This document shows positions 17,527-24,943 of a stretch of DNA of 34,889 nucleotides, in pieces. The notes beneath the pieces are model-generated. The model saw only the letters and a list, made by a program, of their open reading frames with translations. It was not told the DNA's origin and did not search any database. Within the stretch, counting starts at the first letter, position 1, and every line of letters starts with the position of its first letter. This stretch comes from an uncultured Candidatus Saccharibacteria bacterium (GTDB taxonomy: Bacteria > Patescibacteriota > Minisyncoccia > Phycocordibacterales > UBA9973): NCBI GenBank assembly GCA_964634365.1, contig CAZWJU010000003.1:1-34889 (forward strand), written 5' to 3'. The translations under genes were made by a program, and so were the position numbers.

Positions 17527-17897
17527 AAAATTTGTTGCTCCAGTTAACAAAATACGGTCTTACGATGGTTATAAGCCAAATTATAATTATTGCTTTTATG
17601 TATGTATCGGTAGATATATACAACTTAAATGAAAAAATATCTTATGCAATTGTATTAACTCTAGTATATGTTGGGGTCTATATAAGTTACTTAAATTTTG
17701 TATTTAAAAAAGACCACTCCAAAGAAACCCTTTTCAGATTTTCACACATATTGATATTCTCTTGGTTCGCAAACAATTTACTTTTTTCATTTTTAACTAG
17801 CAACTTAGGTATACACTATGCATATGCATCTATACTAAACACTGTAATCTTAGGGGGAATAAGGTTTGCCTTAAACAAATACTATGTCTTCAGATAA
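17523..17897 (+). CDS. GtrA-family small membrane protein (putative polyprenyl-P-sugar flippase)
   Basis: Four TM helices. I place the start at the ATG of an ATGA overlap with the preceding stop (MKNLLLQLTKYGL...); the ORF track extends to 17496. Confidence 0.7.
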   Translation: MKNLLLQLTKYGLTMVISQIIIIAFMYVSVDIYNLNEKISYAIVLTLVYVGVYISYLNFVFKKDHSKETLFRFSHILIFSWFANNLLFSFLTSNLGIHYAYASILNTVILGGIRFALNKYYVFR

Positions 17898-18714
17898 TAA
17901 AAAAGTAATACTAACTTTCGATGTTGAGCTATGGAGTGAAGGTGGGTGGATGATACCTTTTATAAAAAAAGGTCAGCTAGAAGAATACAATTATTTTTCT
18001 GAGTCTATAGAAAAAATATTACATCTTCTAAGAGAAAGTGGTAGTCTTGCTACATTTTTTATAACACAAGAAGTTACTGAAAAATATCCAGATGTAATAA
18101 AAAACATTCACTCTCTTGGACACGAAATAGGTATCCATGGACCGAAACATGTAAAACTAAAAGATTACTCTAGAGAAGATTTCAGAAATGATTGTGTAAA
18201 ACAAACAAATCTAATAGAAGGTATTACAGGCAAAAGACCTGTGGGATACAGAGCTCCACATTTTTCTGTTAACAAAGAAACACTCTGGGCAGTAGAGATA
18301 CTGAGAGATTTGGGATTCTCATACGACTCAAGTGTGTTCCCTATGAACATGGGCGAATACGGTATTTCTGGTGTAAAAACAACTAAATACGAGATCTTGC
18401 CAAACTTTTCAGAAATACCAGTTTCTGTTGCACAGATTGGTCCATTTAAAATACCTTTTGCTGGTGGAATATATTTTAGAGCGCTCCCTTATTTTATATT
18501 CAAATTTTTACTAAAAAACACACTAAAAAAACAAGATGTTGTTTTATATTTCCACCCACACGAACTTGAGAGCAGGACTCCCAAGATAAAATCGGGTCCA
18601 TGGCTAAGAAGAAAACTAAAATATTTTGGAACGAAAAGTAGTTTTAGCAAGTTTCAAAAACTCTCTAAATGTTATATATTTGATTCTATTGAGAATACTT
18701 TTTTAAAACCATGA
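17884..18714 (+). CDS. polysaccharide deacetylase (CE4 / NodB-homology)
   Basis: LTFDVELW.., HEIGIHGPKH, GYRAPHFS..; these match NodB motifs 1-3. Confidence 0.8.
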   Translation: MSSDNKKVILTFDVELWSEGGWMIPFIKKGQLEEYNYFSESIEKILHLLRESGSLATFFITQEVTEKYPDVIKNIHSLGHEIGIHGPKHVKLKDYSREDFRNDCVKQTNLIEGITGKRPVGYRAPHFSVNKETLWAVEILRDLGFSYDSSVFPMNMGEYGISGVKTTKYEILPNFSEIPVSVAQIGPFKIPFAGGIYFRALPYFIFKFLLKNTLKKQDVVLYFHPHELESRTPKIKSGPWLRRKLKYFGTKSSFSKFQKLSKCYIFDSIENTFLKP

Positions 18715-19418
18715 TCGCACTAATCCTTGCAGGCGGACGCGGAACACGACTTCGCCCACACACAGAAGAAATACCAAAGCCATTACTGGAAGTTAACGGT
18801 AAGGCTATTTTAGGCCACCAAATTGAAATGCTTGCAAAAGAAAGTATTTCAAAAATTGTAATTGTTACAGGATTTCTTTCTCATAAGATAGAAGAATATA
18901 TAAAAGAAAACTACCCTGAACAAAACATAGAATTTGCTGAAAATAAAGAATTTGAAGACTCTCGACCAGCATATGGGATAATAACTGCACTCCCTCATTT
19001 AAACGAAGATGTTCTTTATCTAAACGGAGACGTCCATTGTGAACAAAAAGTTTTGAATGATGTAATAAACAACGAGAAGAATTCTGTAACTGCTATACAA
19101 AAAATCCCTTGGGACGAAGAGCAGGTAAATGTCGTACTAGATGAAAATATGAATATTCTTCATATAGGAAAACACATAACAGAAAATGATAGCGATGGAG
19201 AGTTTATAGGCATAACTAAACTATCTAAAGACTTTATCGAGTCCATAAAAAAAATAATCGAGCAAGAAGGAAAAGAGGCTTTTAGATACTCTTTTGCAGT
19301 TGATCTTATAAATCACATAATACATGTGCATAAAAAAGATTTGCACGCTGTCGATGTAACCCTGTCTCGAGCTATTGAAATAGATACGGCCGAAGATCTA
19401 GCACGAGCAAACAAATAA
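18711..19418 (+). CDS. LicC/PntC-like nucleotidyltransferase (phospho- or phosphono-headgroup cytidylyltransferase)
   Basis: The N-terminus ALILAGGRGTRLRPHTEEIPKPLLEVNGKAILGHQIEML is the sugar/choline-phosphate nucleotidyltransferase signature. 235 aa, LicC-sized. Confidence 0.75.
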   Translation: MIALILAGGRGTRLRPHTEEIPKPLLEVNGKAILGHQIEMLAKESISKIVIVTGFLSHKIEEYIKENYPEQNIEFAENKEFEDSRPAYGIITALPHLNEDVLYLNGDVHCEQKVLNDVINNEKNSVTAIQKIPWDEEQVNVVLDENMNILHIGKHITENDSDGEFIGITKLSKDFIESIKKIIEQEGKEAFRYSFAVDLINHIIHVHKKDLHAVDVTLSRAIEIDTAEDLARANK

Positions 19419-19420
19419 AA

Positions 19421-20494
19421 ATGTTTAGAAATAAAAACATCTGGATATTTATAGGCTGGCACAAGTCAAAAAACGGAGAGGTCTTTGCTGATAACGCAAA
19501 ACATTTTTTCTTGTACATAAACAAAAAACACCCTGAGATAAAATCAATCTGGCTTGCAAAAGACAAGAGTCTCGCAAAAAAACTCCGCCAAGAAGGATTC
19601 CGTTCATATAATGAAAAAAGTCTAGCTGGTATTTGGTACTCACTAAGAGCAGGTTACACGGTAATCGATGCATTTTTGCAGAAATATAATTCTTATTTTT
19701 TACATGGCGCAAAAGTATTACAGCTTTTACACGGAAAAGGACTAAAAAAGAAGGGTTACGCACAGACTCCTTATATCAAAAATAGTTTCATATTTGGAAC
19801 ATCAGAATTTACAAATTCCCTACTCCCTGCCGAATTTACAAACGGCGCACAAATGTGCGTTTCTGGTTATTCACGCAATGATCAATTTTTTGATAAAACA
19901 AAACTTTATTTTTCTCCAGAAGAAAAAGAGTTAGTAGAGACTTTGAAAAAACATAGAGAAAGTGGGAAGAGGGTTGTTATGTATGCTCCGACTTTTCGTA
20001 GAGGAAACAAGGACTTTAATCCAGAAAATTATTTTGGAAGAGACAACGCGAACAGCTTTGCAAAAGAAAATAATGTTGTTTTCCTTGTATCTCTACACAC
20101 AAAATATCGTGCTCGAAAAAATCTGATGTTTGAAGAAAATATAATAGAGATGCCCGAGTGCGACATAAACTCAATAATGCCTTACATGGATATTCTCATA
20201 ACAGATTACTCTTCTTCTTATGTAGATTTTCTGTTATTAGATAGACCAATAATCTTTTATATACACGATATAGATTTATATAACGAAAAAGAAGGTCTAA
20301 TAGACGATTATGAGTCTCATATGCCTGGAGCAAAAATAAAAGATGAAACAGCTCTGTTTAAAGAGCTAAAAAATATACTAGACGGAAACGATAGTTGGAA
20401 AAAAGAACGCGAAGATGTTAGAAATCTATATCATACATATAAAGATGGCAGTTCATCAGAAAGAATTTTTTCCATTGTAAGCACTGGTAAATAG
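19421..20494 (+). CDS. TagB/TagF-family CDP-alcohol phosphotransferase (Glyphos_transf)
   Basis: FADNAKHFFLY.., VVMYAPTFR.., ILITDYSSSYVDFLLLDRPIIFY..; typical teichoic-acid-type glycerophosphotransferase strings. Confidence 0.8.
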   Translation: MFRNKNIWIFIGWHKSKNGEVFADNAKHFFLYINKKHPEIKSIWLAKDKSLAKKLRQEGFRSYNEKSLAGIWYSLRAGYTVIDAFLQKYNSYFLHGAKVLQLLHGKGLKKKGYAQTPYIKNSFIFGTSEFTNSLLPAEFTNGAQMCVSGYSRNDQFFDKTKLYFSPEEKELVETLKKHRESGKRVVMYAPTFRRGNKDFNPENYFGRDNANSFAKENNVVFLVSLHTKYRARKNLMFEENIIEMPECDINSIMPYMDILITDYSSSYVDFLLLDRPIIFYIHDIDLYNEKEGLIDDYESHMPGAKIKDETALFKELKNILDGNDSWKKEREDVRNLYHTYKDGSSSERIFSIVSTGK

Positions 20495-21604
20495 ATCTTC
20501 GTATTTTTTAATATAAGTATCTACGCCATAACTCTCAGCGCTTTTTTTAGCACTCTCTTTGTAAGAAGAGAGTTTTTCTACGTCGATTTTTAAAAGTTTT
20601 TTTATAACATTTGAAGTTCCTAGTGGATCATTTGGTAAAAAGAACCCATTTTCTCCATCTTTTAAATATTCATTTACCCCGGCAACGTGCGTAGACAGTA
20701 GAGGTAACCCAAAAGCTAAACCATTCATAGCAGATATACAAAATCCTTCTCGAAGAGATGTGAGTAAAAAGAAACCTGAAACTGCATAAAAGCGATATAT
20801 GTCAGTTCTCTCTCCAAGTAAAATAACATTTTTAGATAAACCGAGTTTGTTTATCTGTTTCTCCAGATCACTTCTAAGTGGACCGTCCCCTATTACAACA
20901 AGCTTTGCCTTGTTGTCTTCTTTTACCACATGAGAAAATGCATCTATCATAAGCGCATGATTTTTTTGTACAGATAAGCGAGCCACGTTCAAAAACATCC
21001 TATCTTCCCCACTGAGGCCTATTTCTCTTCTTATTTCGTCTCTATGTGGCCCATACTCCTCCATCGCTTTTTTTATAGACCCCAACTCAACGCCGTTATA
21101 AATAACAGTAAACTTTTCTTTCTTGATACCTTCTGTTTTTGAAATAATATCTACAACACCATTTGAGTCTGCGACTATTGTGTATGCAAACATTGAAAAA
21201 AATTTATTTAGAAAGCGAACATTCCAAGGTCTCTTTAAATCAGTGTTGTGCTCAGCAGCAATAGCTGTGTATTTAAAAAATGGTTTTAGAAAAAGAACTA
21301 TTACATTACTGAAAAACAAACTAGATTTAACTATATCTGGTTTTTCCTTTTTTATTATAGAGACAAGTTTACCCCACTCTGCAATATCAAAGAACCTTTT
21401 AAAATTTAACTTATAAACAGGGACGTGTTCTGGGATCAGGCCGTAAAAATCAACTTTACCGGGAAATTGATAGAGAGAGATTATAGAGAAATCAAACTTA
21501 CTACTATCGAGCAAATTAACCTGGTCAACAATCAATTTTTGAACACCGCCAACAACAAGATCGTTTGTAACTATGACTACTTTTATTTTCTTTCTATTTT
21601 CCAT
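20456..21604 (-). CDS. GT4 (GT-B, Glycos_transf_1) glycosyltransferase
   Basis: FFLLTSLREGFCISAMNGLAFGLPLLSTHVAGVNEYLKDGENGFF. Confidence 0.88.
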   Translation of the reverse strand: MENRKKIKVVIVTNDLVVGGVQKLIVDQVNLLDSSKFDFSIISLYQFPGKVDFYGLIPEHVPVYKLNFKRFFDIAEWGKLVSIIKKEKPDIVKSSLFFSNVIVLFLKPFFKYTAIAAEHNTDLKRPWNVRFLNKFFSMFAYTIVADSNGVVDIISKTEGIKKEKFTVIYNGVELGSIKKAMEEYGPHRDEIRREIGLSGEDRMFLNVARLSVQKNHALMIDAFSHVVKEDNKAKLVVIGDGPLRSDLEKQINKLGLSKNVILLGERTDIYRFYAVSGFFLLTSLREGFCISAMNGLAFGLPLLSTHVAGVNEYLKDGENGFFLPNDPLGTSNVIKKLLKIDVEKLSSYKESAKKSAESYGVDTYIKKYEDLFTSAYNGKNSF

Positions 21605-22250
21605 TTTTTTCTAAGATAAAGAATCTATGATATTTATTTAGTGGGGGCTGAAATTCATCCTTTATAGTGAAGTGACGCTCAAAAGTTTTTCTAACTTTTT
21701 TCTTTGAGGTTGTGAAAAAATCTATCTCCCAATAGTGCTGATCAGACTCGTGAAACCCAGGGAATCTCACTGGAAATTCTATATTTATATCGAAAAAACG
21801 CCTTTTAAACAGAGTTTGCATAAAAGGTATCTTGAAAACAAATTCAAATCCGGTCGATCTGTTTGGCAAAGAAACTAGAGCGTACTTTTTTGTGATACGA
21901 GCTATATCTCCGACTACTTTTTCAAAATTTTCAAATGGTATATGTTCTAAAACCTGACAAGCCATAACACAGTCGAACGAACCCTCTTCGAAAGGCAGGT
22001 TTCTAACATCAGCAACAACATCCGGGTTTACACTAGCGTCAAAATCACAAGTTGTTACTTTATAACCTAGATTATCTAACTCTTTTGAAACTAGCTTGCT
22101 ACCTGGACCTATTTCAAGCACAGTATTTATGTCGGCCAACTTAACAATCGAATCAATCTGATAAAAAAACGAAATAAATCTAGGAAGTGTTGTGTACTTC
22201 CACTTTTTATAGTGCCCTTCTTTAACTTGAAGTTTATTTTCTTGTGACAT
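21594..22250 (-). CDS. class I SAM-dependent methyltransferase
   Basis: VLEIGPGSKLVS.., FDCVMACQVLEHIP.., ITKKYALVSLP. Confidence 0.8.
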   Translation of the reverse strand: MSQENKLQVKEGHYKKWKYTTLPRFISFFYQIDSIVKLADINTVLEIGPGSKLVSKELDNLGYKVTTCDFDASVNPDVVADVRNLPFEEGSFDCVMACQVLEHIPFENFEKVVGDIARITKKYALVSLPNRSTGFEFVFKIPFMQTLFKRRFFDINIEFPVRFPGFHESDQHYWEIDFFTTSKKKVRKTFERHFTIKDEFQPPLNKYHRFFILEKNGK

Positions 22251-22881
22251 AAAAGTAACCTATTGGAAAAGGATAATTTGTTTTTAATTTTCTTGGGATA
22301 ATAAAGTCTAGCATGAGCGCAAGTGTATTTACCACCAGTCTGATTGGCCATATAAGCAAAAGTGGATTTAGTGCATAAGCACAAACTGAAAATCTGTCTC
22401 CAAGTCTTTTGAATTCAACTATTTCAAAACCTGTTTTTTCAATCATTCGATCTATGCCCTCTTTTGAGAATCTAATATAATCGTGTGGCTCTGGCATTTC
22501 GTTTGCGGTAAATGGATTTGATATTAGTAAGTATCCCCCGTTTTTCAAAACTCTTTTTACTTCGGACATTGTAAATTCTGAGTCTTCGGCGATATACAGA
22601 TTATGAAATAAAAACACAGTGTCGAAACTTGCATCTGGAAAATCAAACTTTTTGTTGAAATCCAAAACCTTGCCTACACCATCTTTTTGTACATAATCTG
22701 TTTTTGTATATTTTATATTTTTAGGTAAATATTTTTCATAACTTGGATTTCCACCAGATCCTATATCTAAAACTGTGCCACTTATAAAAGAATTTGCATT
22801 TAGTAAGCTCCATTGAAAAAGAATCCGGTAAATAGTCTTGCCTTTTATATTGTTTTTTAGAAAATCAATTATGCGTGCCAT
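22234..22881 (-). CDS. class I SAM-dependent methyltransferase
   Basis: VLDIGSGGNPS.., FDTVFLFHNLY.., LKNGGYLLISNP. Confidence 0.78.
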   Translation of the reverse strand: MARIIDFLKNNIKGKTIYRILFQWSLLNANSFISGTVLDIGSGGNPSYEKYLPKNIKYTKTDYVQKDGVGKVLDFNKKFDFPDASFDTVFLFHNLYIAEDSEFTMSEVKRVLKNGGYLLISNPFTANEMPEPHDYIRFSKEGIDRMIEKTGFEIVEFKRLGDRFSVCAYALNPLLLIWPIRLVVNTLALMLDFIIPRKLKTNYPFPIGYFYVTRK

Positions 22882-23657
22882 GACGAGACTATAGCATAAA
22901 AGGATGATAATTTCGCCTTAAATTTAAGCATATCTACGCTACTATCTATGGATATTCTCGGTATTCTAAATAAATCCGTATTTTTACCGACAGCACCCTC
23001 TTTTACAGTAAGACCGTATTTGAATCCACTTAAACAAACTTTTTCTATGACACCTTGATTGAACTTCCCTCTAGGATAAGCAATGCTCTCAGGATAAAAA
23101 CCAGTTATGTTTTTTATATCTTCTTTTGATTGTCCTATTTCATTTTCAAGATCTATTTCGCTAATTTTTGTAAACTCCCTATGAGTAGCTCCATGTGAGC
23201 CGAGCTCTACCAATTCATCTGAAAATATTTTTCTTGCATCTTCAAAAGATAAAATCTCGCAATCCATACCTGTAGTTGTCTTCAAAATATTGCTTGGCAT
23301 ATTTGTCGGCCAAAAAAGTGTAGATTTTATATTTCTTTCTTTTAACATTGGGTATGCAAAATCCAAAAAATCTTTATGCCCATCGTCAAAAGTTAGAGCT
23401 ATATTTTTATAGACGCTTTTTTTATTTTTTATTTTTTCAAACAATTCTGAAACAGTGACAAAAATAAAATCATTTTTCTGAAGATAGTCTATTTGCAGGA
23501 CAAAATCCTCTGGCTTAACATTGAAAAAAACACCCGCTTTTTTAAAAGAGTGATACATCAAAACACGTGCCTTTTTATCTTTTAAAAAAGACTCCAAAGA
23601 TACACAGAATCTATAAAAAATTGTCTTTAAAATACCTTTAAACATAGGTTTAAGCAA
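22869..23657 (-). CDS. polysaccharide deacetylase (CE4 / NodB-homology)
   Basis: ALTFDDGHKDF.., LGSHGATH.., IAYPRGKF. Confidence 0.82.
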   Translation of the reverse strand: MLKPMFKGILKTIFYRFCVSLESFLKDKKARVLMYHSFKKAGVFFNVKPEDFVLQIDYLQKNDFIFVTVSELFEKIKNKKSVYKNIALTFDDGHKDFLDFAYPMLKERNIKSTLFWPTNMPSNILKTTTGMDCEILSFEDARKIFSDELVELGSHGATHREFTKISEIDLENEIGQSKEDIKNITGFYPESIAYPRGKFNQGVIEKVCLSGFKYGLTVKEGAVGKNTDLFRIPRISIDSSVDMLKFKAKLSSFYAIVSSWHA

Positions 23658-23663
23658 AAAAAT

Positions 23664-23698
23664 AAATCCACTCTTAGATTAACACCTAGAGTGGATTT
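23664..23698 (-). terminator. intrinsic terminator closing the phosphonate operon
   Basis: An 11-bp stem AAATCCACTCT/AGAGTGGATTT with a 13-nt loop. On the minus strand it is followed by TTATTTTTTT. It lies 13 nt after the stop of ORF 23711-24943. Confidence 0.6.
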
Positions 23699-23710
23699 TT
23701 GAAACATTTT

Positions 23711-24943
23711 TTAATACCAACGAGTTGTCTCTGTGTGAACTCGCGAAAGCCCCCTATCTCCAGAAAACTCCGAAATTACCGCAAGTTCACTATATGGGTC
23801 TACTCCATCTGGTCTGATTTCTACAATCAGAATTTTTCCATCGATAAGACTTTCATCTTTAACAACAAAAGAGTGCTCAGTACCAGGTGCGATAAATGCA
23901 GAATCCCCGGGAAAAAGATCGCTGAACTTACCTTCGCCCCAATGAAGCGTGACTTTTGTGTTTCCGATATTGTACACCCAGCGATCTTTCTGTACTGATT
24001 CAAAAAAGCCAACACTTGAAGAAAAAATTCTTTCGAAAATTTTACTTTCCGGTTGAGATTTGTTGTTCACTAAAAATAAATTCACTTGGTCGGTTCCGTG
24101 ACTTACCGCGTCATGATGCTTGTAAATAGAAACTCCACCTTTAAAATCATCGAGGGCGAGATTTTTGGTGTAATCTTTTATGATCGTTTTAACACCGCTT
24201 AAATACTCTTCCAAGGAAAGATTACTTATCGAATTTTTGAACATCGGATCGGCTATAGCACCACCGTACGTTACAGCGAGGATTAAACCCCTGCCCTCTT
24301 CCCTTGTTGTAAAGGTATGGGGAACAAATGGTGAAATGTAATTTGTATCACCGGTATTCATCTTCTCGACATGGCGTTTGCCATACTGATCAATCCAGTA
24401 GAAATTTACCGGACCAATAAAATACGTAATCTGGTGTTCGAAGTGTCCTTTGTTGAAAGCCCAATCGGGCAATTCATCTGCCGATTCTCCGTCATGAACA
24501 TAGAGTTCCTTGATCCACTCCGGACGAAATGTAGAGATATTGCTCATGGCAGTATCTGCATAATCGTAATATGGAATCTCCATAGGCCCCCTTGATAGGG
24601 TGCGTTTGCTCGCCATAGTCTCAGAAAACTTCATAGTCCTGACACCTTCGACAGTATCGTCTATTACCGGGAAAGAATCTACAAATTCCGCAGGATAAAA
24701 ATCTCGTTCATTTATCCCTGTGATAGAAATAAGCTTGTTTTTTAACTCTTCGGTAAATTCAATTTTACCTGAAATCGTATCTTCTAATAGGAGCGGGTCT
24801 ACACCAATCAGCGGACCAGCGGTCTGTGGCGTGTGTTTAAGGCCATTTAAAAGACCTCTAACAACCGAACCGATGTTTTGTTTGTAATGGTACATCTTTA
24901 TTAAATTTTCTAGATTATATAGGAAAGTTAGACTATTCGCCAC
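23711..24943 (-). CDS. bi-cupin non-heme Fe(II) oxygenase of the HEPD / methylphosphonate synthase (MPnS) family; the motif pattern favours MPnS
   Basis: Architecture is HTH-like alpha domain + cupin, twice. The first cupin carries NKGHFEHQITYFIGPVNFYW...NYISPFVPH, giving H167-x3-Q171, F181, I203 and H209. It is the last gene of an operon that makes 2-hydroxyethylphosphonate. Confidence 0.7.
   Translation of the reverse strand: MANSLTFLYNLENLIKMYHYKQNIGSVVRGLLNGLKHTPQTAGPLIGVDPLLLEDTISGKIEFTEELKNKLISITGINERDFYPAEFVDSFPVIDDTVEGVRTMKFSETMASKRTLSRGPMEIPYYDYADTAMSNISTFRPEWIKELYVHDGESADELPDWAFNKGHFEHQITYFIGPVNFYWIDQYGKRHVEKMNTGDTNYISPFVPHTFTTREEGRGLILAVTYGGAIADPMFKNSISNLSLEEYLSGVKTIIKDYTKNLALDDFKGGVSIYKHHDAVSHGTDQVNLFLVNNKSQPESKIFERIFSSSVGFFESVQKDRWVYNIGNTKVTLHWGEGKFSDLFPGDSAFIAPGTEHSFVVKDESLIDGKILIVEIRPDGVDPYSELAVISEFSGDRGLSRVHTETTRWY

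Noticed and set aside
17523-18714. Alternative genetic code (UGA recoded, as in some candidate phyla)
   Set aside because: TGA acts as a genuine stop in ATGA start/stop overlaps at 17523-17526 and 18711-18714. All family-recognisable ORFs are full length under the standard bacterial code.
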